A stretch of DNA of 64,000 nucleotides from a virus (Duplodnaviria > Caudoviricetes). Both the position numbers and the translations under genes were made by a program. Positions within the stretch are counted from its first letter, which is position 1. Each line of letters starts with the position of its first letter. The notes beneath the pieces are model-generated. The model did not search any database. It was not told the origin of the DNA and worked only from the letters and a program-made list of their open reading frames with translations. The DNA lies in the IMG/VR virus record IMGVR_UViG_3300044846_003114, positions 67,213 to 131,212 of that record; one strand, written 5' to 3'. Positions 39,922-50,560 of this stretch are shown in pieces.

Positions 39922-41442
39922 ATGATTACAATTTCAAACATAAAAATTGCAGATAGGGGATATTATATAAATTTAGATGGTTCCACAGATAGAAAGGTAA
40001 ATGTTGAATCACAAATAGAAAAATTTAACATTGTTGGTTTGGAAAGGTTTTCGGCATTAACGGACCCCGCTAGATTTTTATCATGTACAAAATCACATTT
40101 ACAAATTTTTAAAGAATCTGAAGAAGAAACATTATTAATTTTAGAAGATGATTTTCAATTATATGATAAATGTAAAATCAACAATCAAGAATATGATTTT
40201 ATCCAAACGTTATCGAACGTAATGGAAGAATTAAAAAATATAGAATGGGACGTTGTTTTATTTGGGTGTAACCCAAAAACATACTTAATTCCTGTAACAA
40301 ATCTATTATCTAAAAATTTTAAAAGTACGGGTTCTTGGGGATATATTATTAAAAAGAAAGCGTATAAACATATTTCAGAAAATTCAAATTATTTTAAAGA
40401 CTACTTAGCGATTGACGATTGGTTATGTCATATAAGTAATCTAAATTTTAATGTCTATACAACAACCCCAAAATTAATATCTCACGGAATTGGTTTTGAA
40501 TCGACTATGATGCCGTCAGGAAAAGTTAATTATGATGCGTGGATTGAGGGTAACTATGAATATTATTTATATAAAGATATTAAATCGGAAAACTTTGTGA
40601 ATGATTTTAAATTTGAAAGGGAAAACACCGTTATAATAACAGGACACTTCGTTAACAATTTTCTTTTTTATTTAAGATATCTTTTACATAGCATACCTAA
40701 AGAAATTGAAAGGTGTAAATTTTTAATTATTTATGATACAAATCACGATACAGTTGAATATTCAAACGTAAGATTATTAGAGGATTATTTTAAAAATAGA
40801 AATAAACCAATAAATTACGAAATATTATATTCAAAGGGTGGTCTTATTGATAGTGTAAGAATTATGTTAGAAAAAATTAAAACAAAATATTTTATTTTCT
40901 TAGAACATGATTGGATTTTTTTAAAGACTGAATCGATAAACTTCAAAGGTTTATTGGATACGTTTAACAAATACCCATTTGTTCATGCGGTTTGGTTTAA
41001 TAAAGATGATAACCAATTAAAGGGGTTTGAAATTGCTGGAGATGTTGACGGTAAAGAAACACCATATGGAAAGGAACACAGAATAGAAGATTTTGAATTA
41101 ACAACAACTGTTAGATGGTCAAATAATCCGTCTATGTTAAGGGTTTCGAAATATAAAGAATGGTATGAAAAATATATTTACAATACGGGTATTGGGATAA
41201 ATCATCAAGGACAATACAATGTAGAAGACTCAATGATAAGAGAATATCGAAATTTAATATCAATTAGTAAATTTAACGACATTAGAGATGAATGGGGAAC
41301 CTATCTTTACGGTGCTGTTGGTACAGGTCCTTATATGGGACATACCGACGGGTCTAGAAGATATCAAACATCGATAAGAACAATGTCTGAGGACACCGCA
41401 GATGATTACGTGTTGAATCACCCATTACCTGAAAATGATTAA
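39922..41442 (+). CDS. GT25-like + GT2-like glycosyltransferase fusion
   Basis: YYINLD...DR, C..SH, LILEDD; second domain FIFLEHDW, WSNNP. Confidence 0.8.
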   Translation: MITISNIKIADRGYYINLDGSTDRKVNVESQIEKFNIVGLERFSALTDPARFLSCTKSHLQIFKESEEETLLILEDDFQLYDKCKINNQEYDFIQTLSNVMEELKNIEWDVVLFGCNPKTYLIPVTNLLSKNFKSTGSWGYIIKKKAYKHISENSNYFKDYLAIDDWLCHISNLNFNVYTTTPKLISHGIGFESTMMPSGKVNYDAWIEGNYEYYLYKDIKSENFVNDFKFERENTVIITGHFVNNFLFYLRYLLHSIPKEIERCKFLIIYDTNHDTVEYSNVRLLEDYFKNRNKPINYEILYSKGGLIDSVRIMLEKIKTKYFIFLEHDWIFLKTESINFKGLLDTFNKYPFVHAVWFNKDDNQLKGFEIAGDVDGKETPYGKEHRIEDFELTTTVRWSNNPSMLRVSKYKEWYEKYIYNTGIGINHQGQYNVEDSMIREYRNLISISKFNDIRDEWGTYLYGAVGTGPYMGHTDGSRRYQTSIRTMSEDTADDYVLNHPLPEND

Positions 41443-42004
41443 TATGAAAACATTAGAAAAAATATATAACCACCATTGTCAAACTTATTCTGACATACAA
41501 GAACATTTACCAACAATAAAAAAATATACCGAAGAGTGTGACCATATCATAGAAATGGGAGTAAGATACGTTGTATCAACATATGCCTTTATGATGGGAA
41601 AACCTAAAAGAATGATATCTTATGATATATTACCAGTTGAGAATTTTGATATTGATAGGAATGATTTAAAAAAATTGGCATTAGATAACGATATTGATTT
41701 TGATTTTATAGTTGCTGACACCACTAAAATAGAAATAGAAGAAACAGATTTACTTTTTATTGATACTTGGCATGTTTATCAACAATTAATTGTTGAATTA
41801 ACAAAGCATGGTAATAAATCTAGAAAATACATAATAATGCACGATACAACTAAATTTGGTGAAATGGGGGAATGTGGCGAAGGTGATGGTCTAATGAGGG
41901 CAATTAATGAATTTTTAAATGACAATAATCATTGGTACGTTCATGAAAAATTTGAAAATAATAATGGATTAACCATATTAAAAAGAAAAAATGAAACAAA
42001 TTAA
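41435..42004 (+). CDS. class I SAM methyltransferase (Methyltransf_24-like)
   Basis: IIEMGVR, DLLFIDTWH.Y, YIIMHDT, NNNGLT. Confidence 0.8.
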   Translation: MINMKTLEKIYNHHCQTYSDIQEHLPTIKKYTEECDHIIEMGVRYVVSTYAFMMGKPKRMISYDILPVENFDIDRNDLKKLALDNDIDFDFIVADTTKIEIEETDLLFIDTWHVYQQLIVELTKHGNKSRKYIIMHDTTKFGEMGECGEGDGLMRAINEFLNDNNHWYVHEKFENNNGLTILKRKNETN

Positions 42005-42758
42005 TTTTATAATCACCGTTTATGATAAGGAAGAGTATTGGCCTTACTTAAAAAATATATTGGATGGGTATGAAAAAATAAAAAGTAATTACGTTGTTTG
42101 TTATAGTGGTAATAAAGATGATTTTCAATGTGATTTTAGAATGAAAAACTTAGTAAATGGTGGAAGAGGAGAAAATCATCATCCACATTCATCTCCTCAC
42201 GTTGATATGGATTATTTACTAACGTTAAAAGGATATGATTTATTAAAATCAAATAATATTCATAATTGGATAAAACTTTCGGTGGATAGTTGGTTACTTG
42301 ATGAAGATAAAATTATACAAATAATAGATTTTTTAGAAAATGAGCATTGTGTGTACGGTGGGAATATATGGTATAGTCATATAAATTACGCAACAGACAT
42401 ATTTTTTGCCAATACTAATGAAATTAACATATTTGAAGATTTAAAAACAAATGGAATTAAATTTTTGGATTGGTTATATGATAAAAAAATACCAACGGGT
42501 CTTGAGAATTTAATGAGGTATATGGTTATTCCATACAATCATGCAATAATTGTGGATAGAGAACCTTTAGATGCAGACTCAACGAGATGGATGTGTCCTA
42601 AACTTGGTTGGTGTATGTCACATTGTTTAGAGACCAATTTAAACTTTTTAAATAATCATATGACAGATGGAAAGGCTGTTAATATGAATAAAATAAACGG
42701 AAATAACACTCCATATACGTTTGAGGGTTATTTAAAAGATTCTGGACAAAAATATTAA
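41991..42758 (+). CDS. putative glycosyltransferase-like protein
   Basis: FIITVYD N-terminus, KLSVDSW; operon context. Confidence 0.5.
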   Translation: MKQINFIITVYDKEEYWPYLKNILDGYEKIKSNYVVCYSGNKDDFQCDFRMKNLVNGGRGENHHPHSSPHVDMDYLLTLKGYDLLKSNNIHNWIKLSVDSWLLDEDKIIQIIDFLENEHCVYGGNIWYSHINYATDIFFANTNEINIFEDLKTNGIKFLDWLYDKKIPTGLENLMRYMVIPYNHAIIVDREPLDADSTRWMCPKLGWCMSHCLETNLNFLNNHMTDGKAVNMNKINGNNTPYTFEGYLKDSGQKY

Positions 42759-42759
42759 T

Positions 42760-45099
42760 ATGATTAATAAAATAATATCGTTTAATAATATTAAAATTGA
42801 TTCGTCAATTATTAACGATGATCAAATAAAAAATTTAGTTTTTTATTTATTGGACTCCATTGATAATAATATTGAAGGGGACGTTGTTGAGTTTGGGTGT
42901 TATGTTGGTGAGTCAAGCAAATATCTAACAAAAACGTTATTAGAAACAAATTCAAGTAAAAAACTTTTTGTTTACGATTCTTTTGAGGGGTTACCTCCAT
43001 TATCTAAGTGGGAGGAAAATACAGGATGGAGAGCCGGAACTTTAAAAAGTACAGAAGAAATATTAATTTCAAATTTTGAACAAAACAATCTACCAACACC
43101 GATAATTCATAAGGATTGGTTTAAAGATGTTCCTGAAAATAAAATACCTGAGAAAATATCCTTTGCATTTTTAGACGGGGATTTTTACGATTCAATTTAT
43201 GATAGTTTAAATAAAGTTTTTGATAGAGTTACTGATGGTGGTTATATATGTTTTCACGATTATCAAAGAAACGATTTACCTGGTGTTCGTGCGGCAATAG
43301 AAGATGTTTTTAAAGAAAGGGGTGTTGATTATACCGTAGAAGAAGTTTGTGAACAATTGGGGGTTTATAGAAAAAATGGTATGATTAAAAATAGAATACC
43401 TAAGAGACCTAACAGTGAGGTTAATTATGGTGGGACAACGATTGTAACAGGTATCTGGGACATTAAAAGAGAAGAACTTACCGAAGGGTGGAGTAGAAAA
43501 TTTGACCATTATTTAAATCATCTTTCTAATTTAATGAAGACAGATGATAACATGATAATTTATATTGAGGAAAAGTATAGGTCATTTGTTGAGGATTGTA
43601 GAGCCAAAGAAAACACATTAATAATTGTTAGAGAGTTGGAATGGTTTAAGAAGAATGAATTTTTTGACAAAATTCAAAAAATAAGAAATGATTCTAATTG
43701 GTCCAACACTTCTGGTTGGTTACCTGAAAGTACACAAGCAAAATTGGAAATGTATAATCCAATTGTTATGTCGAAGGTATTTCTTTTAAATGACGCATCA
43801 ATAATGGATCCGTTTAATTCATCACATTTAGTTTGGGTGGATGGTGCAATTACAAATACTGTACATGAAGGATACTTTTGGAAAGATGGGGTAATTAAGA
43901 ACGTTTCTAAATTTTTTAATAAATTCTCATTTGTTTGTTTTCCTTATGACGGAAAAGTTGAAATACATGGATTTAAGTATAATGAAATGTGTACCTATTC
44001 TGAGGATGAGGTAAATAAAGTAGCTAGAGGAGGTATATTTGGTGGACCAAAACATTTAATAAGTAAAATCAACGAAATATATTATTCATTATTAAATGAT
44101 ACCCTATCTAACGGTTTAATGGGTACAGAAGAAAGTATATTCACAATCATCACATACAAATATCCAGAATTGGTTCAGTATTTTGAAATTGAACAAAATG
44201 GATTATTGGGTTTATTTTTTGAAAATTTAAAGAATGGTAATTTAACCCCAAGACAAGAAAAAAGTGAAACGATAAAAATAAATTCTCATAGTAAAGAAAA
44301 TGTTGCACTTTATGTAATGACGTATAATTCACCAAATCAATTTGAGAAATTATGTATGTCGTTTGAAATGTATGATAGAAATTTTTTAGATAGACCTAAG
44401 AAATTTTTATTAAATAATTCAATAGATTCGGATACAGATTTAACATATACAAATCTTTGTGAAAAATACGGATTCACTGAAATTAAAAAAGGTAATTTAG
44501 GTATTTGTGGTGGTAGACAATTTATATCAGAACATGCTGATGAGAATAGTTTTGATTATCATATGTTTTTTGAAGATGATATGTTTTTTTATTTGGGTGA
44601 TGATGAGTTTTGTAGAAATGGATTTAGAAGAAAAATAAAGGACTTCTATAATGTCATGTTAGATATCATATGGAATGAAAACTTTGATTTTTTAAAATGG
44701 AATTTTAGTGAGTTCTTTGGTGATAATACAAGACAATGGTCTTGGCATAATGTGCCTGGTGATACAAGAGCTCGGTTATTCCCTGAAAAACCTGTTAAAA
44801 TAAATAATGATCACAACTACGCTCCCTATTTAAATTTTAAAAACATTAAGTCATATAAATCGGTACCGTACGCATCGGGAGAGATATATTATTGTAATTG
44901 GCCACAAATAGTCTCAAAAGAAGGAAATAGAAAAATGTTTATAGATACAAAGTTTGCCAATCCATTTGAACAAACGTGGATGTCTTTTATATATCAAGAA
45001 ACATTAGAGGGTAAGATTAAACCAGGAATATTATTAGCAACACCAACAGAACACGATAGGTTCGAATTTTATCCAAGGGAGGATAGGAGAGAAAATTAA
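42760..45099 (+). CDS. TylF/MycF O-methyltransferase + HtrL/WlaTC-like + GT2-like multidomain protein
   Basis: GDVVEFGCY.G.S, YDSFEGLP, DGDFYDS, HDY; TIVTGIWDI, VWVDG, GG.FGG, MGTEE; FFEDD. Confidence 0.85.
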   Translation: MINKIISFNNIKIDSSIINDDQIKNLVFYLLDSIDNNIEGDVVEFGCYVGESSKYLTKTLLETNSSKKLFVYDSFEGLPPLSKWEENTGWRAGTLKSTEEILISNFEQNNLPTPIIHKDWFKDVPENKIPEKISFAFLDGDFYDSIYDSLNKVFDRVTDGGYICFHDYQRNDLPGVRAAIEDVFKERGVDYTVEEVCEQLGVYRKNGMIKNRIPKRPNSEVNYGGTTIVTGIWDIKREELTEGWSRKFDHYLNHLSNLMKTDDNMIIYIEEKYRSFVEDCRAKENTLIIVRELEWFKKNEFFDKIQKIRNDSNWSNTSGWLPESTQAKLEMYNPIVMSKVFLLNDASIMDPFNSSHLVWVDGAITNTVHEGYFWKDGVIKNVSKFFNKFSFVCFPYDGKVEIHGFKYNEMCTYSEDEVNKVARGGIFGGPKHLISKINEIYYSLLNDTLSNGLMGTEESIFTIITYKYPELVQYFEIEQNGLLGLFFENLKNGNLTPRQEKSETIKINSHSKENVALYVMTYNSPNQFEKLCMSFEMYDRNFLDRPKKFLLNNSIDSDTDLTYTNLCEKYGFTEIKKGNLGICGGRQFISEHADENSFDYHMFFEDDMFFYLGDDEFCRNGFRRKIKDFYNVMLDIIWNENFDFLKWNFSEFFGDNTRQWSWHNVPGDTRARLFPEKPVKINNDHNYAPYLNFKNIKSYKSVPYASGEIYYCNWPQIVSKEGNRKMFIDTKFANPFEQTWMSFIYQETLEGKIKPGILLATPTEHDRFEFYPREDRREN

Positions 45100-45108
45100 A
45101 AAAACCTC

Positions 45109-45252
45109 TTATTTGGAGGTTTTCTTCTTTTCTTCAGGTTTTTGTAAACCTTTCTTTATCTCACCTTTTTTTTCACCATCTTTCTTCATTGCGGTTTTGT
45201 GTTGTTCAGAGATTTTCTTTTTCTCCTCTTCAGACATTCCAAATACTCCCAT
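45109..45252 (-). CDS. small Lys/Glu-rich protein (47 aa, not in ORF track)
   Basis: MGVFGMSEEEKKKISEQHKTAMKKDGEKKGEIKKGLQKPEEKKKTSK*. Confidence 0.6.
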   Translation of the reverse strand: MGVFGMSEEEKKKISEQHKTAMKKDGEKKGEIKKGLQKPEEKKKTSK

Positions 45253-45253
45253 A

Positions 45254-45544
45254 TTATATTGTATTATTTTTTATTATTTCGGTCGAATCGTCTTTTTTAT
45301 TTTTAAGTTTTTCACATTTTTCATATTCTTCTCTTTCCTCAAAAACTAATATTAACGAATCTATTATTTCTATGTACAATTCCAAATCATTATCATATGA
45401 TAATATCGTACATGTATTATTATAATCATTTAATATGTCATTGTCAAGAGAAGTGATGAAATCATAAATCATGGTCAATTCCCCCTCATCATAATTCCCA
45501 ACATTTAAAACTCTCGTTGCCTGTAATAAAAAATTAAAATTCAT
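45254..45544 (-). CDS. hypothetical protein with UVR-like motif
   Basis: FEEREEYEKCEKLK. Confidence 0.65.
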   Translation of the reverse strand: MNFNFLLQATRVLNVGNYDEGELTMIYDFITSLDNDILNDYNNTCTILSYDNDLELYIEIIDSLILVFEEREEYEKCEKLKNKKDDSTEIIKNNTI

Positions 45545-45558
45545 ACTATAAATACATT

Positions 45559-45885
45559 CTACTGTTTATCTCTTATTAGTTTATCTAAGATTCTGAAACA
45601 TTCTAAAAATCCATCATATTCTACCTCACTTCTAGTTGTTTTAGAATCTTGTGTTGGACCAAAAACTATACCATTAGCCAACGATATTGAAAACACCCAT
45701 TGATGTGGGTTATACATTTCAATAGTCAAATATACACCTTCTTTATCAAAAAAATAATAAAGTTTTTTTGTGTCATAAAACTCTAAAGTTGATAAACTTA
45801 GAACCCCAACATTAGGAAACATTACATTTGTAAATTTCTTAAATGAGGAAGGATACAAATATTCAATACTATACCAATCTATCAT
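45559..45885 (-). CDS. hypothetical protein
   Basis: MIDWYSIEY... ORF. Confidence 0.65.
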   Translation of the reverse strand: MIDWYSIEYLYPSSFKKFTNVMFPNVGVLSLSTLEFYDTKKLYYFFDKEGVYLTIEMYNPHQWVFSISLANGIVFGPTQDSKTTRSEVEYDGFLECFRILDKLIRDKQ

Positions 45886-45971
45886 ATTATTAATTATAAT
45901 GCATTTATGGTACTTTGTATATTGTATTTTTTGTTTTTTCAATAAAATCAATATAATTATGATTGTTTACG

Positions 45972-46211
45972 ATGATTATACATGAATTCTATTACAACGA
46001 TGACAACAGGACGTTGTACGTTGAATTTTCAACCGATGATGACAGCGATAATTTTTATCGAGTTCTAAATCTTGGATTTGAGGATGTTGAATATTATTCT
46101 CCTGAAATAATAGTTGAGGAGGATATGGAAGATATTGATGAGGATTTTGTGAAAGAATTAATCGTTCAATATGGTAAGGAGAATGATTTACCAGAAGAAA
46201 AAACTTTGTGA
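45972..46211 (+). CDS. hypothetical acidic protein
   Basis: very D/E-rich ORF. Confidence 0.65.
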   Translation: MIIHEFYYNDDNRTLYVEFSTDDDSDNFYRVLNLGFEDVEYYSPEIIVEEDMEDIDEDFVKELIVQYGKENDLPEEKTL

Positions 46212-46223
46212 TATTTATAAGAT

Positions 46224-46592
46224 ATGGGATTTTTAAACGATGATAAGAAGGAAAAGTTAACTGCGTTCGTAAAGTTCGTAAAAGACCAATTGGAACTTAA
46301 AACAGTTCCCATTATCTCGATTAAGGGTAATAGAGACGGTTTGAAAACAACCGCGAATTATGATTATACTAAGGAAAATAAGATAATCAAAGTTTATGGT
46401 AAAAACAGAGCTTTGGTTGACATTATGAGAAGTGTTGCTCACGAAATGGTCCACCACAAACAATTTGAGGATGGTCGTTTAGAACAAAGACCACCCGATA
46501 TTGGGGGTGAGATTGAAGATGAGGCCAATGCGAAGGCCGGCCAATATATTAAATTATTTGCAAAGGAAGACCCAACCATCTACGAAGATTAA
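46224..46592 (+). CDS. HExxH metallopeptidase-like protein
   Basis: R.L.DI.RSVAHEMVHHKQ...IEDEANAKAG. Confidence 0.75.
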   Translation: MGFLNDDKKEKLTAFVKFVKDQLELKTVPIISIKGNRDGLKTTANYDYTKENKIIKVYGKNRALVDIMRSVAHEMVHHKQFEDGRLEQRPPDIGGEIEDEANAKAGQYIKLFAKEDPTIYED

Positions 46593-47186
46593 TTAATTTC
46601 GTTTAAAAATTAATGTAACAAATACCGTAACAGCCTTTTCTCTAGCCCCATTCTTTAAATAAATGTCGGTACTTATATTCGGACTGGTTAATTCCATAAC
46701 TCTAGAATAACCTGCACCAAATTTATCTGTTATAAACGTATAATTGGTGGTCAAACCGTTATTTCCATTTGAAATAACCATAGATGTGTATATGTTATTA
46801 TAATTTATGTTCGGTAAATATGGTTTTGGAAAACGGGCATCGATTCCAATATCACTTATATTATCAATCTCTAATGGAAAATAAAAAGCACCTGTGGGAC
46901 CATTAAAATCCCAAGTTGTGACATTTTTAATAAATCTCCTATCTATCGACGTTTGTTGGTAATTTTGTTTCATTAAAACATTCCCTGACACAAAAGATTG
47001 AATACCAAAATTATTAATACATATTGTATCATTTTCAATAATTTCAATAGGGCTTATAGACTGTACTCTGGTTATTTTGTAACCATGAAAGTACCATTTT
47101 CCCGCGACCGATGGGGCACTTGGTAATTCATACTTTTCACACCCAAAAAGGGTAAAAACTACTAAAAACGATATTATTTTCTTCAT
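46593..47186 (-). CDS. putative lipoprotein
   Basis: MKKIISFLVVFTLFGC lipobox. Confidence 0.7.
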   Translation of the reverse strand: MKKIISFLVVFTLFGCEKYELPSAPSVAGKWYFHGYKITRVQSISPIEIIENDTICINNFGIQSFVSGNVLMKQNYQQTSIDRRFIKNVTTWDFNGPTGAFYFPLEIDNISDIGIDARFPKPYLPNINYNNIYTSMVISNGNNGLTTNYTFITDKFGAGYSRVMELTSPNISTDIYLKNGAREKAVTVFVTLIFKRN

Positions 47187-47267
47187 GTCTTTATATTTTA
47201 AGCAAAAATAGGTATTTTTTGGTATATCACAATCAATTTCAAAGATTTTTTTAGGTATTTATAAGTT

Positions 47268-47525
47268 ATGAGAATGGTAATAAACGAAAAACAATTAAAA
47301 TTGATACTTTCTACTGAAAATCAAGAACTTGATGAACAAGGTGATGTTGCTAGTGAGCCATCTCCAGGTACGTCAGGTACTCAAGCTGGAGGTCAAGGAT
47401 ACCCTGAGGTTGGGAAATGGGAAAGTGGTATAGAGAGAGGTCCCGCCAATCAAATTGGGGTCACGAAGTGGGCGGATGTTGTTGGAGCTAATTTAAAAAG
47501 GGGTAAGGCTAATCCATTAAAATAA
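47268..47525 (+). CDS. hypothetical protein with INEKQL leader
   Basis: TATTTATA 4 nt upstream; two W....RG.AN repeats. Confidence 0.7.
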   Translation: MRMVINEKQLKLILSTENQELDEQGDVASEPSPGTSGTQAGGQGYPEVGKWESGIERGPANQIGVTKWADVVGANLKRGKANPLK

Positions 47526-47548
47526 GAAATTAGAGATATTTATATACT

Positions 47549-48640
47549 ATGAATGATTTAAAATTATCGATTGATGGTCTTTATTTGTTAGGGGAAGAAA
47601 AAATTTATTTCACAAATGAAGGTAAATCTTACGATTTGGACGAAATATCATTTAATCAATGGGTTGATATTTTTAAAGAAAACACAATTTTTGCAATTAA
47701 AAATAACCTAGTGGAAATTAAAAAACTTTATTCTTTTCAAAGAAGAATGGTTTACCAATTATCCGAAGGTCTTTCGAATGAAAATAAATCTACAATACTT
47801 TTTGAATACGAAAATAAGTTTAGTAATAACTTACTTGTTGAAGATGTTTTAATTTTAGAGGGTTTATTTGGTGATTCTTGGAATTGGATTAAGGGTAAAT
47901 TTTCAGAGTTAGGTGGTTGGGCAGTAACTTTAGGTAAGAATTTAGCAACGTGTGCTGCGGGAGGAGGATGTTCACCATTTTTTGAACAATTTAGAGAATT
48001 ATTATTTAATCCCGCTTCAGTCGGTGTTCAAGTTTTTATTACTACCGCTTTTCCTGGATTAGGTAATGTAGGAATGGGATTCTTATGGGGTATTATGACA
48101 ATGTATGATGGGTACCTATTAGCAACAGACTATCAGAATTTTAGTTGGTTGAATTTAATTGTAGATATTATGGGAGTGGCTTTTGCCGGTATGGGGGCGA
48201 GTGCTGCTAGAGCAACACTTGGCGGTTCTAAGGGGGTTGCCGCAATGGCCGGAAAATCATTAGATGACGTTATGGTATCATTAAATAAAAACCCAAAAAT
48301 GGCTTCCATTTTAAAAAGTTTAGGAAACGGTCTAAAATCATTATCAACAAAACTAAAACCAATTGGTGATTTTATGATGAATAAAATGGGATTAAAATGG
48401 ATTGGTAGAGCATTTAAAGCAATTGAAGATGCGGTAACAAAATTAGTCTCTAAGTTATTACCAAATGCAAATCCAAAATATGCAGTTGCCAGTGGTAAAG
48501 GTGTAAGAGCGGGAGCTGAGATGGGTGCAATTGATAAAGTTGCTCACAGTATTGGTTCAGGTGGGGCTGCGGAAATGGAAAAATCAGTTATAGACGCAAA
48601 TAAAAAAATAAAACCAAATTATAGTGGTGTTCAATGGTAA
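47549..48640 (+). CDS. probable virion/membrane-inserting protein
   Basis: Gly/Ala-rich hydrophobic helices; late motif upstream. Confidence 0.7.
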   Translation: MNDLKLSIDGLYLLGEEKIYFTNEGKSYDLDEISFNQWVDIFKENTIFAIKNNLVEIKKLYSFQRRMVYQLSEGLSNENKSTILFEYENKFSNNLLVEDVLILEGLFGDSWNWIKGKFSELGGWAVTLGKNLATCAAGGGCSPFFEQFRELLFNPASVGVQVFITTAFPGLGNVGMGFLWGIMTMYDGYLLATDYQNFSWLNLIVDIMGVAFAGMGASAARATLGGSKGVAAMAGKSLDDVMVSLNKNPKMASILKSLGNGLKSLSTKLKPIGDFMMNKMGLKWIGRAFKAIEDAVTKLVSKLLPNANPKYAVASGKGVRAGAEMGAIDKVAHSIGSGGAAEMEKSVIDANKKIKPNYSGVQW

Positions 48641-48654
48641 AATAAAATAAAAAC

Positions 48655-50559
48655 ATGAAAGAAGATTTAGTAAACAAAATGAAATTAATGATGTCTTATG
48701 ATATGACTAAAACATTAATTGAAAATAAAGAAATTAATAATTTACTTGAGGATGAAGATGAGGATATTAATGAACAAGGAAGTGCCGCCGCAACATTAAA
48801 GAATCTTGGTAAGGGTAGTAAAACGGCTAAAGCGGTTGCTCAAGATATTGTTGCAACAATGAATAAAGGTGGTAAAGCGGGTGAATCTATATACATAATT
48901 GATGCAACTGGTAGTGCAAAGGCTATAACAAAAGGTGATGAATTATTAGGGGCTCTTAAAGCTGGAACAATCGATGCCGCTAATTTGGCTAGAGTCAACA
49001 AAGGAATATTAAAAAGTAGTGCAGTTACAGATGTTAATTTAATAAGAAACATTGCATCTGATGTTGTTATTGAAGCTAACTTTATAAAAGCATATGGTGA
49101 TGAATTTGTGAAAAGTGAGGAGGGAGTAAGAAATTTATTATTTAAAAATGGTTACACAAAACAATCAATTGATGAAATAGTAGCAAAAATGAAATCAATT
49201 CCAAATTATGGTAAAGACGTTGCAGCATTAGAAAAAGCGGTGGTAAAGGGTAAAGGACAAATAAAAAAATTAAAAAGTAAAAATAAAGATCTTCAAAAGA
49301 TTATAGATAACCCCCCAACAACCGTAGAGGCGGCAAAAGGACAATTACAACCAACAATTAGTAATAACATAACAGTCGGTAATATTTCCCAAGGTGCTGC
49401 TGCGGGTACACATGCAGAAGCACAAGCGATTAGGGAAATTGCACCTGAAGTTAAGGTGATAGCTCAAGAGTCTAAAGCTATTGTTGAAACAATGAAACCT
49501 TCTAAATGGCAAAAATTCAAAAATATTGCGAGTAGGTTAAAAATGAAATACCTTATCGCTTTGGGAATTGCAGGTGTGGGTGGTTGGTATCTTTGGAAAT
49601 TTTTTAAAGATGGTACAACAAAACCTGGTGATATGTTATTTGGTAAATGTTTAGATGATGTTATTGATGATACCGGAACAACAATTAGAAATACAACGGG
49701 TGGAGATCCAGTAGTACAAGTTACAAAAACAGGAAATTCTGACTATGATAGTAAAGGTGGTTTATGGTTCTACAATAATGGTAGAGTATTCATAAAAGAC
49801 CAATCAAAAAGAGGTAGATGGTCTTGTAAAGGTACACAAACAGTAGTTGCAGAACAAGACGGTAATCCAAATACAGGTATTGGTAACATTAATATTGCTT
49901 GGGATGGTGAAGCTGCACCTGTCGATAATGGTGGAGGTTCTGGAAGTGGAGGTTCTGGAAGTTCAAATCCAAACTATCAAGATTGTTCAACAAAAGATTT
50001 TCCATTTGAATTTGGATGTATCGCACCAAAAATTGCGGAAATACAAAAATGTTTAGGTATAACACCACAAAAAGGTTATTTTGGTCCTAAAACTAAAAAA
50101 GGTTTAGAGGATTTACAATATAATTTATCTGGTGGTATTACCAAAGAAACATATGATAAGATTATTTCAGCTTGTAATCCAGTAACGGGATCTACAACAG
50201 GTACAACCACGGGTTCTACAACAGGTTCTACAGCTTCGGTAACAGGTACAACTACGGGTTCTACAACTGGTAACACAACAACGACAACAGCACCTATAAC
50301 ACCTCCAGCAGTACCTGATGAACCTGTGTTCGATAGAAATAGATTACAAGAATTATTAGCAAGTAAAAATTTAGTCAAGAAACGTAAAGGTGTTATTGTT
50401 AAATGGATAGGTCCTGAATTAGAAGGTAACGACTACTACATCTTAGACAAATATTTGATAGATAAGGGTTACATTCAAAAGAGACAAAGAGAAACTGGTG
50501 ACAGAGATGATGAAGATGTAACGATGAAATATAAGTGGAAATTACAAGGAGAAGAATAA
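48655..50559 (+). CDS. probable virion protein with TM segment, PG-binding-like motif and Thr/Gly linker
   Basis: IQKCLG....GYFGPKT; GSTTGTTT repeats. Confidence 0.7.
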   Translation: MKEDLVNKMKLMMSYDMTKTLIENKEINNLLEDEDEDINEQGSAAATLKNLGKGSKTAKAVAQDIVATMNKGGKAGESIYIIDATGSAKAITKGDELLGALKAGTIDAANLARVNKGILKSSAVTDVNLIRNIASDVVIEANFIKAYGDEFVKSEEGVRNLLFKNGYTKQSIDEIVAKMKSIPNYGKDVAALEKAVVKGKGQIKKLKSKNKDLQKIIDNPPTTVEAAKGQLQPTISNNITVGNISQGAAAGTHAEAQAIREIAPEVKVIAQESKAIVETMKPSKWQKFKNIASRLKMKYLIALGIAGVGGWYLWKFFKDGTTKPGDMLFGKCLDDVIDDTGTTIRNTTGGDPVVQVTKTGNSDYDSKGGLWFYNNGRVFIKDQSKRGRWSCKGTQTVVAEQDGNPNTGIGNINIAWDGEAAPVDNGGGSGSGGSGSSNPNYQDCSTKDFPFEFGCIAPKIAEIQKCLGITPQKGYFGPKTKKGLEDLQYNLSGGITKETYDKIISACNPVTGSTTGTTTGSTTGSTASVTGTTTGSTTGNTTTTTAPITPPAVPDEPVFDRNRLQELLASKNLVKKRKGVIVKWIGPELEGNDYYILDKYLIDKGYIQKRQRETGDRDDEDVTMKYKWKLQGEE

Positions 50560-50560
50560 T

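Noticed and set aside
29870-45099. Window being bacterial chromosome or prophage-host junction
   Set aside because: Host-like genes are interspersed with phage-type genes and the same TATTTATA motif; no core housekeeping operons, integrase or att site seen
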